Source: Camelus ferus | Lineage: Eukaryota | Assembly: GCF_009834535.1 (NCBI RefSeq) | Contig: NC_045697.1 | Location: forward strand, 62,064,001 to 62,128,000 | Direction of reading: 5' to 3' | Length of the DNA: 64,000 bases | Part shown: positions 49,070-61,700 of the stretch, in pieces | How positions within the stretch are numbered: the stretch's first letter is position 1 | Layout of the letters: each line of letters starts with the position of its first letter | Position numbers and translations under genes: made by a program | The notes under the pieces: generated by a model | Databases searched by the model: none | Seen by the model: only the letters and a program-made list of their open reading frames with translations | Told to the model about the DNA's origin: nothing

Positions 49070-49992
49070 TGTCTCATTTGCCATTGCAAGTAGAATAAAA
49101 CTAAACCCAAAGTAGCTTAAGCAAAATGATAATTTATTGTTTCACTTAGGATGAAAACTCCAGAGGCATACTTAGCTTCAGTCATGGTTGAATCCTGAGT
49201 ACAACCAATGTCATCAGGACTGTTTCTCTCCATTCCTCAGCTTCATGTTGGAACAGAATGGCAGCAATGGTTGTAACCCTTATACCCTTTTTGGATCCAG
49301 CAGATAAGATCAGGAGTTCCTCAGTGAGGGAAACATTGCTGCAGGTCGTTGGTTTGATTGGGTTATATGTTCACCCTTAAACTAATCATTGTAACCAGGG
49401 GGAACTAATTGTGGGTCTCATATTATAGAATCAGTTTCACTTAATCCAAACTACGAGTTGGAGAAAGTGGTTCTATAGAGGGGAATTGAGGTATAGTTAC
49501 TGTTGGGGCTTGAGGAGGCTCAATGCCCCAAGCTTGGAACCAGATGAAGGACCCAGGAGCCAGGTAGAGAGATACAAAAATGTCACCTTTATGACATGTC
49601 TTTAGGTCTGTTAACCAAGCGGGTTTGCTAACTCCTGAATTAGACGGGCCTGCCCCATCACAGACATGGAGTCTCCCGTGGGGGCCAGCACCTGTCAGAG
49701 TTATAGCATGGAGAACCAGAGAATGCTCTCTGCAAACTGATAGGTGATGAAGAATAATAGAGGAAAGAGGGCTGAGTTGTACCTGGCCACTAACCAAAAC
49801 TCACCCATTAAGTGAGTCACTCTTCCACCCTTGGGGCAAGGGGAGAAGTGGGTATGCAGGGTATAGAACCTTGGATTGTACTCTGAAGAATTCCCTACAC
49901 ACAACAATGGTGGACTGGGGAGTAAGTGTCTTCTCCCAATATCTAACAAGACAGTAAATGAAGGGTTATAGCAACAAGATATGTCCACCACC
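49070..49992 (-). mobile_element. MaLR LTR (MLT1K-like) interrupted by another LTR
   Basis: ttgcaagtag...aaacccaaagtagcttaagcaaaa...aatttattg; resumes after 49941 and ends atgtccaccac. Confidence 0.7.
49501..49941 (-). mobile_element. Unclassified solo LTR-like insertion
   Basis: Inverted termini tgttggg...cccaata; interrupts the MLT1 element; decayed polyA-signal-like and TATA-like motifs on the minus strand. Confidence 0.55.
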
Positions 49993-50299
49993 AAAAGAAA
50001 GACTTACTTTTAAATATATAGAGCAAAATATCTGCATCCAAATGGTCAGATTCCTTAACCTTTCTAGTTATCAAAAGGTATTAATCCCACCTTCTACAGA
50101 GACATCATAATAGCCTTTATGTACTATACTTCACAATTGCTTCTCACCTGATTTAGTGTTTTTCTATAGATGAGAAACAATCAAGTTTAAAGGTGGGCTT
50201 TATATTGATGCCCTGGGATAAAGCAGGCATGAGTAACCAGAAAAATATGGTTGAAAACTTAGGGAAGTGATTCAAACAAAATCAAGATGAGATTCATAT

Positions 50300-50452
50300 T
50301 GATCTAGACCTGATTCTAGAATATAAATTCCATGAAAACAGGCTTTTTGTCTACCCTGCTCACTAATGTATCTTTTCCCACTGTCTAGAATGGGGCCTCT
50401 GGCATATAGTTGATGCTCGATAAACATTTGTAGATTGGATGAATTGGCAGGA
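50300..50452 (+). mobile_element. L2 3' tail
   Basis: ctagaatataaattccatgaaaacagg...ggcatatagttgatgctcgataaacatttg. Confidence 0.8.
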
Positions 50453-50671
50453 GGCATGGATTAGGGGGATAATTGTGTTCAGAATCAGAGGAAAATAGAA
50501 TCTTGTTTGGGGTTATAGTGGCCACAAAAGAGCAATGTCAATTTGGATCTAAGATTGTATCTAACTAAAAGGATCCTACTTCGTGTTAGCTAAGTATTCA
50601 GCTGACCTAGAAGAGTTCAAGAATTAGGAAACCAAAATATATCTGAAATACAATGGTCTTAGAAGTAGTCT

Positions 50672-50833
50672 TAAATATTAATTCCAACAATGGCTGCACA
50701 TTTGTGTCACCTGGGGAACTCTTTAAAAATTCTGACACTCAGATTACCCACCTCAAAGATTCTAACCCAGGCATCCATAGCTTGCAGTATTTCTCAGATG
50801 ACTCTTACTTGCAGCCAGGGCTGAGAACCACTG
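50672..50833. mobile_element. MER5-family hAT MITE
   Basis: tcacctggggaactctttaaaaat...gcagccagggctgagaaccactg. Confidence 0.8.
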
Positions 50834-53800
50834 TTCTATCACAGCATCCTCACCTTACAGAAGGGGCTGAGCTTACAAAGGTAAAGGATTCAGAATGCAA
50901 CTTGATTATCAAAGTCAATGTTTAGATACAATTTTAAATCATAAATTATAAAGAGGAAATAGCCAGCCCTTAATGTCAATCCTAGTCATTCCTGAAATGA
51001 ATAGGTCTGAATCTCTCAAAATATTACCAGAATCAACTATTCTTATAAGTAGGAAAGGACCATCATTCCAGCCCAATTCTCTGTCCTGGCAGCCATGGGG
51101 AGCCACTGACAAGTTTTGCAAAAGTGAGTGTCATGATGAAAAGGTGGTTTCCAGATTTGGACCTGGCTAGGGTGGAAAGGTGGGTTAGAAGGAACAAACA
51201 TAAAGGCAGGAAGGTCAGGCAATGGCAATCATCCAGGAATGAACCCTTGATGATCTAACATGAGGTGGAGGTGATGAACATGAGCGATGCTATGAAAAGC
51301 TATCAACAGAGCTATGGACTGATGGCCTAGGAGAATCAAGGGTGAGGCGGAGCCCAAAGCAACTACAATTTCAAGCTGTTAGTCCCACTTTGCATTCTAA
51401 ATAGCTGCCTGGCCAGGAGTTGCCAGGAGCCCCTGTGAATAAGGAGATTACCCCGTATTGGGGCCTTGGTAGGCCCCAAATCTAACTCATTTTGTCTCCC
51501 TAGGGTGCCTAACACACTGCTGTTTGTTGTAAATAGAACCAAGTAAAGAAAGAACACTGATGGTTATCTCAAGAGAAGCCACTTCCTGGTCACTTGGGTG
51601 ACCTTCAAAGTCCCCCCCCCAAACACTGGGGCCATCAGGGAGAGGGGGTGGAGGAGTGACACTTTCTACTTATTTGACCCCGATGTGATTCATCATCACA
51701 TTTTAAAAATCAAGTGCGCTAGAGAAGTAAACCTATCCATCTCAAAGAAGACTCCCTCAAAAATATTTTGCAAATCATCACCCAACTAGTGAAAATTTTG
51801 TTTTCAGAATTTCTCTTAGGGGACCCAACAGTCTGCCCCATCCTAAGGAGCTGTGGGGTGTGCTGCGTTTATTTATAGTCATGCCTACATGGCACCTTCC
51901 TTTTGCAGAGGCAGAAATTACTCCAAAGGGAAATGATCCCGCTGGAGGAATTTGTATTAAGTGGCCCTTCTAGCAGCACCGAAGGGGTGTGAGTTGGTGT
52001 AATTAACCTGAAACCAGCTTGGGCAGGGCATGGCTCTGAGAAGGAACAATGCAGTTCCCACCAGCCCACTCCCCCATCCCATATGTTATCAGGGCCCCCT
52101 TAAACGCCTCCAGTAATGGGTCTTTTGAAACTTCCCTGAGGAGAGGATGCCATCGGCTAATAGACATCACTGTCAGGAAGGTTTTTATGTTGCGCAGCTT
52201 ACATTTTCTTTTCCACAGTTTCATTCTCGTTGCTCCTAATTACCTCCCCTTGGACCGCCCAGCATACAGGATCACAGCCTGGCCTGCCCCAGCACCTCTC
52301 TGCCACAGATTCTTCACTCAGAATGGACTGCTTAAAATGCAGCCCCATGCAACCTGGCTCCAACTCAGTGACAGGTCACAGGAGTTGGCCCGCTCTTCTG
52401 CAACTCTTTGCCTTGCTTCAGGTCTCCTAGTGGCCAAACCAGGAGCCCACCACCATCTCCTTCCCCTTTCTCTGCCCGCCTGGGCTTCCACTTAGGGTAT
52501 GTGTTCCTACAGCACCTGGGGCACCACTGATGGAGGGTGGAGCTCTGGGTACCACACGGAGGAGATACAGCATTTATTACTCTCTCTTCTACAAGCAAAG
52601 GTGTGAGGGCTGTGCCCTGCAATGAACATGGACTTGAAGTACAGTCAGCATTAGATCTCCAAGCTGAAAACCAGGGAGGGATTCTCGTTCAATTCCTTCA
52701 CTCCTCTTGTGCCTTTTAACTAACTTTGAAATTCGTCTCGCTGCTGCAGGTACCTCCGTGCTATTTCCAAGGGCTAGAGCCCCACACAGATTTATTTGGT
52801 AACCGTTGCAGGAGCTGCAGAAAATGAGAACTGGAGGAGGAGGCCAAACCTGAAGTAATTAGAAGATTTGTTTCTCATGGTTCAGGTAGGCTCAAAGGAG
52901 TACCTGAACACAGGGAATAGAAGATCAAAGGGATGGCAGTCTGAAAGTGGGAGCCCAGCTCCAAAGGAAAACAGGCCATCAGAAGGCATCCAGATCACTG
53001 CCAAATGAAAACCCCTCTGTATTTTCAGCTTCTGCCAGAGAGAAGACAGAGGGGGATCATTTTTTTTAACTCTTGCTTTCAGTAGTTAGCTTCCAGAATA
53101 AAAAATTCAAATATACTTGTCATATTTACAAGGTCACAAGGTCTCCCCCTCTGAAATCATTTGTCAGTGGAAAGCAGCATGCTAGTCGAGCCCCAGGAAT
53201 AGCACTACAGGAGTGAATTTTCCTTAGAAAGGACATGTCCTTTGCAAGCTTATTGGTGACTCTGGAAAATCTTCTCTGTGCTGGGACCTCCTCCTGCTCA
53301 CTGATGCCCTGCTGGTTGTGGGAAGTGAAGGTAGGATCAAGAAGGAGAGGGGCAGAGCCCACGGGGGTGCACGTGAGCTCATCTGCGTGAACACCTTTCA
53401 AACCTTTGACATGGCATTCGGCCATGTCTTTCTGCTTTGCTACAACATTGATCATCAAGAATAAAATATCAGATTCTTTCCCCAACACTGTTGATACCTC
53501 AGATCTTCTGATATTTTGCCACGACAAATAAATTCATCTCTCTTCCCTGTTAACTAGCTTGATGGCTTCCAGCTGACCTACACAGCCCCTCTCCTGCTCC
53601 TAGCTCCTGTTTCACCCAGTTTCTCACTGGACCTCAGTAACACAAGGGCAGACCTAGAGCTGGAACTCATGGCTCTGGCAAAATGAAAGCAGAGGTCTTT
53701 TTCATCTTTGTGATTATCCTTTTTCATCCTCTTTTCGTAAGGTGACTTCAAGATTCCTTCCACTCCTGAAATATACTTCTTACATCCTATAAAGATGACT

Positions 53801-54544
53801 TTAAGTCTGAGTAATACACAGTGAGTGTTACAGGATGAATACTAAGCTTAGTATTTACAACACACTCATAAGATCAGTACCATTCGTGAGATCAGTACCA
53901 TCAATTTTAAAATGGAGAAACTAAATATTGGGAGGTTAAATATGAGCCTCCAGTCATAGAGCTAACCAAGTGGAGGGCATGGGGGTCTCTACTGCCTCTG
54001 TAAATAAAATACCTAAATTCCTTCCAAACCATGAGATTGCATTTACCAGTGGGTCCCGAGTTGCTGTGGAGACTCAACTGACTAGCAGTTGAACACCCAG
54101 GAGGTACTGCTTTCATTGAGTGGGCTTTTGACAGAATTGATTAATCTTAATGAGTGTTGCATTGTCTGGGAGGCTTCCCTGTGCTTTGCCTAGGAGGCAG
54201 TCTTGCACCAGGCCCCCGGGGAGCCTGCACCCCATTGGCCACATGCTGTTGGAGGTACTGAGCATGATTATGGAAATAAACAAATTAACTTGTGCACTGG
54301 TCTCCCACCCATGACATGCGTGCCCTCTTATCCCCTTGCAGAAGGTGCTTAACATTCCTTCTCCCTTCAAACAGTCTCAGAAATCCAAGAGTCCCCAGTC
54401 ATTCTGCCATAATCCAGAAGAACCCTACAGAGGCCAAGGGACAAATATGTCAAGGGACTTTCCTTCCTGAGCCAGGCTTAAACAGAGTTGTTTCCTGTGG
54501 TAGGTGGAGGTGGTGTGGACAAAATGGCCCTTTTTGTTCTGTAT

Positions 54545-54705
54545 CAGTGCTTCTCTGGCTTCTGCAAGCACACAAATCACTGAGGAGATTGTTAAAATGC
54601 AGATTCTATGTTAGCAGATCTGGGGGCCTAAGATGCTGAATATCTAACAAGCCCCCAGGGCATATCCATACTGCTGGTCCTGAACATGTTGAGTGGCCAA
54701 GTACT
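54545..54705. mobile_element. MER5A hAT MITE
   Basis: cagtgcttctc...ttgttaaaatgcagattc...tctaacaagcccccagg...gctggtcc. Confidence 0.85.
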
Positions 54706-56204
54706 GTTTACATGTGTCTCTTTTCCAGTGCGAAGTTCCTGGTGCTGTATTTTGATGAAGTTCTGTAGACTAGAGGCTTGTGATGTCACCTCGCCACTGT
54801 GAGTAGGAGGCGGGCTTTCCTCTGAAGCGAAAACCATTGCCCAGGTCAGTCACCTGGGAATGAGCCCTTCACACCATTCACACTCTGCTGGGTCAGGGCA
54901 TGTCTCAGGGATCAGGGTCCTGCTCACTCCCTGCAGCAGACCAGCATATGCAGCCACAGCTGGAAGAAAATAAACACTGCCTTGTAACCCCACCTATGTG
55001 TGGTTCCTTTTGTGGCCAGCCTGACTCAAGTGTGAACTGAGAAGGAATTAAAAGAATTAAAAGAAGGGTCATGTCCCCTTTAGAACTGAAACGTTAATAA
55101 TGAAGCAGCACCCTGAAACCAGCTTGGCGGGGCTTGCAGAAATTAGAGACCTCCAAGGGAAAGGTAAATCTTGAGGAACAGGAGTTGGATCTTTAAGTTC
55201 CAGCTGCAATTCCTAAATGGAGATTTCCCCTTCATTGCCAAATGTGGAAAATCTAGGTTAATCATTAAGGAAGAGAGAATAAGAGTATGAAACTTTGGAG
55301 GAAAAAAAATTTAAGTGTCAAAAACTTGGTTCCTCAATGCTACTGGTGGGCATGAGGTTGCCAGTGTGTGGCTAAAGACTGGGATGACACAATTCCAAAA
55401 AAGGTGACTGGGTGAAGCCAAGCAGCCTGGCTTAGCATCTGCTAGTGGAGGAGAGGGCAGCATTCCTGATCGCTGCTTCCCAATTAGCTAAGGGACTTGA
55501 CCATTGGGATTCCTTGAAAGTTCATTTCTCTGAGCAGGAATCAACCCAAGCTCTGATCTTTCCTAATAGCATAACTACTTGGTGCACGTTTTGCCATTAA
55601 ATGATGCTATTATTTATTAAGCAATGTTGATACTAAAGGGAGAGAGGCCGTGGCCAGACCAGCCTTTAGCAAGCATCCGAGGGCCGGGCAGACTTTGAAG
55701 GAATGAACATATTGAGATATTAGTTGAAGCTCAAAAACAATAGATGCCTGCGCCCTCTAAGTGGCTTATGTGTTACAGATCTGACAAGTCTCATTGATTT
55801 AAATGGCTGGAGCACTGCTTGGATTTTAATCTCCTTCACCCTTATACCAAGGAGGTCGCTGTTTAAACGCTTTTACTTAATAATGTAAACACCTGTCACA
55901 CGCCAGGGGCAAAGCTATTAAGGAGAAGGATTATTTAAAGCAATGCTCCTGAATACAACATTGCTATTATTGTCTTACCCTCAGTTGCCAGGGTCTGAGC
56001 AGGATGAGCGGCAGTAGCCAAGTCTCCCGGTGCTCTGTCCCCCATAGAGGTCTGCAGAGGCTCCTCCAACCAGCACACAGAATGGACATCTGCTCACATG
56101 CTGTCATCTAAAGGTCCCCCAAATATCCGACCTGCCAAGACTCTTGCAGTCAATGCATGTATCTACCAAAGTCCTGTGTCAAAATGGAAAGCTGTTTCAG
56201 TGAA

Positions 56205-56440
56205 GGAGTATTAGGCCATTATCCTGTAGCTACAAGGCACAGGGACTAAACTCTTTACAAGTATCATCTCTTTTATACCTGCAACAACCCTTTGATTTAA
56301 TGCTATCATTATCCCCATAACCTGACATACAGAATGGTTAAGTAAGTTTCTCCAGGATGCACAGCATTTAGCAGGAATAAGATTAGAATCTGGGGCTGAC
56401 TTCAAAGTGTATGCTTTTAAGCACTAGGCATATTGTCCTT
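56205..56440 (-). mobile_element. MIR SINE
   Basis: caacaaccct...attatccccat...gttaagtaagtttctccagg...tgcttttaagcact. Confidence 0.8.
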
Positions 56441-57157
56441 CTCAAGGATCCATTAGTTTACCATATAACCTGGTGAGATGAACGCCCAGATGAATGGTAC
56501 AGAAGAGAGTAGATGAGAAAGAGCTATAACCTGGAGGGCTGCTGCGGAGAAAGGCCTGAGGGTGTGCTTTAAGCTCCCCATGATTGAGGGTTTTGGAATG
56601 GAATATTGGCATTAGAAGGCCCAGAGTTAAGACCAGAAGGGCAACGGACCCTAAGGCATTTAAGAAGATGCAAAAAAAGTGACAGAACTACCTTTAGCCT
56701 AGCTTAGAGGGAGAGTGCCCCCTGCTCCTGACTCTCTCTGTTCCTTTACCCAAGCTGCCTCATCCCCTCACCCTGGCAGCACACCTGAAGCCAAAGTACA
56801 AACCCCTCCCCCACCCCACCTGCCCAGGTCTTCTACTCATGGTAGCTTCTGGTCTTAGTAAAACCCAGGTCAGCTTGTGCCTTGCCAAAGCCCTGATGTC
56901 TCTAACCAACTGTAGGTTGGTCACATTGGCCCCCAAAAAGGAGGGCACACTCATGGGGCAGCACAGGCCTCAACAGTCACTGGTCTTTATCCAAGTACTG
57001 ATCAGATAATGGCTTGGTTTATCAAGACCTCTCCTCCACAAACTCATCTTAGTGACGAATACCAGTCTCTCTGGCTTAGTCTCAGCCACCTGAATTTAGC
57101 AGTGCTTTGGTAAGCAAACCCTTTATAACAGCACAGAACAGGAATAGAGAAAATGGT

Positions 57158-58030
57158 TCACTCATTCATTCAATAAATATTTATCGTACGTCTTTTATAA
57201 ACCAGGCACTGCCGTGGTACTGTGGATAAAGCAGAGAAAAGCGGTATCAATGTCCCTCCCCACGTGGAACTTCCAGTTGCGTAGGAGACAGAAAGCAAAT
57301 CAGTAAAGGGGGAAAACGATAATGTTAAGTTTTGAGAGGAAATCATCAGAGTATTGTTTCTTCAAGAGTGGTGTCCAAACCAGCAGCATCAGCATCACCC
57401 AAGAACTTGTTAAAACACAGATCCTCACACACCTCCCCACACCTACTGAGTCAAAAACCCTGGCATGAGCCCCAGCAATCTGTTTTAACAAGCCTGCCAG
57501 GGCATTCTGATCTGTGCTTAAGGTTTAAGAACCACTGGGGTAGAAAGTAAGGTGGGGAGGGGAGCATCTCTAAATAAGCTGATCTGGAGAGGTCTTTCTG
57601 ATATTCAAACTGAGACCTGAGAGAGGAAAAGAAACATACTATGCAAAAGCCAAGAGACAAAAAAATTCCAGATGCAGCGAACAGCAGGTACAAAGTCCCT
57701 GGGGCAGGGAAGTACTTGTTATGGTCGAAGAACAGAAAGGAGAAAAGTGTGACCAGAGCATAATTAGAAAGGAAGCCGGTGAGAACAGGGGCTAGACTGG
57801 GCAAGGGATTAGAGACCTCAATAAGAAGCAGGAATTATAAACTGACATAATGCTATAATGAAAGAAATATGCTCCTATGAGAGCATATAACTCATGAATC
57901 TGACCTAGACTGAGGGTCAGGGAAGGATTCCCAGAAGTAATGATGATTGAAAGAAGATATCAACAGTAAGTACAAAATAACTAGGAAGGTGGGGGAACCT
58001 GTGCAAAGGCCCTGAGACAGGAGCAAGCAT
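57158..58030 (-). mobile_element. L2a region with nested MER5A
   Basis: ttcactcattcattcaataaatatttat...aggcactg...gaacagcaggtacaaagtccctgggg. Confidence 0.85.
57350..57537. mobile_element. MER5A hAT MITE
   Basis: ccagcagcatcagcatcacc...tgttttaacaagcc...tttaagaaccactg. Confidence 0.9.
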
Positions 58031-58515
58031 GACACTATCGGGAGAAATTATGAAAGACTTTAAAATAGGCAAAAATGATTACTGGATGTTCTGTCTAGCA
58101 CACCCTTCCTGGTTATCTGTGCCTTTCATTAGTGTTGGCCTGTTTTACAACTATTGCAAGTTGTAGAAAACTGATAATAATGCAGATGACTCTTGTCCAC
58201 AGAAATGCAAACTAGTTTCGCCCAGTGGAACGCAACTGATTATTGCCCTATGAATATGGCTAGTTTTGCATCTATTAAAATTTTTATTTCAGCATTTCCT
58301 GATTGTGTATGTGTGTGTGTGTGTGTGTATGGAATTCTCCTTTGAGCCAGTTATGTCATCTTACTGGTTCTCTCATTAATCAATGAGTTAAAAAAAAAAA
58401 GACATATTCATTAACACATGTTCATTTTATGTTTGTATAAGAGTTTTAATTTTACTGTTTTTAGAAATTATTTTTAACAATATATACAAGGAATTGCAAA
58501 AGACTAGTGTGGTAG

Positions 58516-58700
58516 TGGATTGCCAGATAACATACAGGACACACAGTTAAATTTGAATTCAGATAAACAAGAATGTTTTTTGTATAAATACATCCCAAAT
58601 AGCACATGTATCATATTCATTCTAAAAAGTTATTCATGGTTTATCGGAAATTCAAACTTAACTGGGCACCTGTGTTTTTATTTGTTAAATCCGGCAGTGC
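58516..58700. mobile_element. MER53 palindromic MITE
   Basis: ttgccagataacatacagg...cagttaaatttgaattcagataaac ... gtttatcggaaattcaaacttaactgg...aaatccggca. Confidence 0.92.
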
Positions 58701-61700
58701 ATGGGTGGAGAGCTGGGGAGGGTGCTGACTGTGCTCTCACTTCAGCCTCTAACTGCTCCCAGGGTCAGGAACAGGAAGAAGCACTTTTCATTCAGTCTTT
58801 GACTTCTGCTCAGAGGTCACATCAATGCATCTCCTCCCAAATTCCAAAGAAAAATTTCACTTAGTGCTTTTAAAAAATAGCTTAAATTGCTCCCCTCCCT
58901 TATATAGGAGCAGGTGCAGGGGACTTTCTCCAGTGGTACTGCTTCCACACCAGGACTTACTGAGTTCCAGCGCTCTTGGAAAAATTGCTGTCTTATTTCC
59001 TACCTGCCTATAAAAGGCTTCCTTTCTGCCCCACAGGAGTGTGTGAGGTGCCATATACTCTGAGGTTTGGGGACAAAAGTAAAAGAGAGGGAAGAAGGGT
59101 CAGTTCCATGGGATATACTCAGTAGGATTTGATAATGTCTCCGACCTCGCACATCCTCACCCCCATCCAGAATTTCCTCTCTCTACCTTGGTGAGGCTTC
59201 TCAGCTTTAGGCTGAAACTTTTCCATATTCAAGCCACCTATTAAAATGTAAATATCCCCCCAGGAGAATATCCTAACAGCAGCTAACATTTTAACAGGAA
59301 TCAGCTGACAGGACACATTACATAAACCAAGCCCTTGATGGGAGGCAGAATAACAGCTTGGTGAGGAGTGTGGGGGACTGGCAAGAAGGAGACCCCGAGA
59401 GAGGAGAAAGATATTCCAAGTATATGCGGGAGACCTCTAGTTACATTTTTTAGTCCTCAGGCCAATCTTTGCAGGCAAAGTGGATAATATAAAATCCATG
59501 AAAAATCATTTTAAATTTGGGGACAAATTCTCTTGTTATTTCATCTGCCTTTCTCTACAATGGGATATAAGATACCCCCAAAAAGGAGTATCTTTCTAGT
59601 AATATATTTTTGACTCAGCAGGCATCCCTACAGGCTTGCAATAGAAAGACACTAGCAAAATGGGTACACCCCCTGCCAAAGGCAGTTGCCATCACCAGCA
59701 GGACTTTGATCACATTCTCCCCTCTAGGCTCAGAGGAATTATCACTTTCTGTATACAGAGGACAATGAATGAGTCTGGCTCTTCCTGGAATGTAGGAACA
59801 GGAGCCTGGCAGACAGATTCTCTCCAGATTGAATAAATGCTGGGGGGTCCGGTGGGGAGGATCACTGTCCCCAGGAAGCATCCGTCCCTTTTTAAGCAAT
59901 GGCTGTGCACACCAACTTTGGCTCCCAACTTCTGTAATAATTCTCTGTTATAAATCGGACAGCACAGCTTGTGGTCAAGGAGCCATTACGAACCCTCTCA
60001 AACAAGATTTTTTTTCCCAGGGACTTAATTTCTTAAAATGTTGGAGCGATCGTTCTCTTGGAAAGTAGGACAGTCTCTCTTTGAGCCTGCCAGACAAAAA
60101 CAAAACTAAACAAAACAAAAAAGCAAAGTCTCTGAAAAGACAACTGGCAAGCTGGCTTCCTTCTGAGCACCTGGAGGCCCCTCCCTCCCGAGCTGAGGCT
60201 GCTAGATCACTCTAATGAGAACAGATGGCTCCCGTCGGGAGATGGGCTCTATGTTATATGCCTCCCGTGTCCTCTTTCTGAAACCAGATTTTAGCAGATC
60301 TTTTTTTTTTAACTGAGAATTGGAGCCGGTTGTTTAAGTGGTAGACTAGGTGTGTGCCAGCGAAGTGGGTTGTTAATCCACACTAATACATTTCCCGCTG
60401 ACTTTTGGAGAGCTCGGAGCACTTCATAACGGAGGGGGTGAGTGAGGTCTTCAGAAGGCCCTGCCTACAGGATGGAGAAAAGGGTTGCCGTGAGCAGCCC
60501 CCAGGAGGTGACTCATCTCATCATTGGCAGAGAAGAAATCATGCCATCCCCAGCCCCTACTCTAGGATTTCAGCAACCTGATGCTGCCACGGGGCTGGAG
60601 CCTGGGGCAGTCCCAGTGCAGGGGGCCAGGTGTAGAGGGGCAGAGATTCCACACGGGGGTTAGGAAGACCATTGCAAGTAGAAGAGGCTGCTGAACATGA
60701 ACCTGGTAACTGGTTGACCTCACTCCCATCCCTACCTCACCAGATGGGAGAAGTCGCCTGCCTGCACATGCTCACTGTTTCTCATCCTCTAGCGCTGGGC
60801 AACCAGGTCCAGGGTGAACTCAGAGGCACCCCCCAACCAGAGGTATCCACAGAAGGAAAGCAAAGAGAGAGTTGGGTTTTAACATCAGGAAACTCCTGAA
60901 TTTTAAACTCTGCTTTTCACAAATTTGTTTCATTGTCATTATAATTGCCAAATTTAAATTACCTCTATTTTTCAGGTCGCAAGAAGCCATAAAGAGAGAA
61001 AGGAGAGATTTTCACTGTCAGAAATGAGAAATGATGAGGGGAAGAGGGCGGCCTGTGGAGCAGACTTAAAGAGGAAAAGTGTTTCTGGAGTCCAGCTGGG
61101 GCTGAGGTATCTGAAAAGGAAGGAGAAACAGCACTAGGTGAGTGGACGGGGGAAATGGGAAAGGCAGGGAGTTTGGACCGTGAGCTTTGAATCAGTCGGA
61201 GGTAAGGCCTGAATGAAGTTCTAGGGAGGAAGTTTTCAATGGTGGCCTTTAAAATGAATACTAAAATGAATGTAGAAACTGAAGTTATGTTGCTTTGTGT
61301 GCCTGTGAGCAATGTTTGCAAAGGATGGGGATTAAACACTCAGAATTCTAGATTTTTTTCCTGTCTTTAAAAAAATAATAAAAGCCAAAAACAGGAGTCA
61401 TCGGAGAAATGGCAATGATAGTCAACCGATGAGCCCCAAGGCTGAAATTTCTGTCCCACTTATTGTTCCTATATCAGCTAAGAGTGGGTGAGAGTGTTTG
61501 TGCATTTCCCGATAATTTTTAAATGCTTTATTTGTTTGTGCAGGGGTGGACATGTAACTTCATATAAATGTGATCAAATGTAAATATACTCACTGTTATC
61601 AATGGCTGTCTCTGGATGAAATAGTTACAGGTGATCTTTAATTTCCTTCACATTTTTCTAAATTGTCTATACAACTGTATCTTTTATAATCAAAGAAAAA

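Noticed and set aside
53126..53527. 133-aa minus-strand ORF in unique DNA
   Set aside because: Non-ATG start, no recognisable domain, no convincing splice boundaries; a tBLASTn or PhyloCSF check would be needed to revive it
55749..55764. CTCF-like site tgcgccctctaagtgg
   Set aside because: One extra base in the core breaks the spacing relative to TGCGCCCTCTAGTGG
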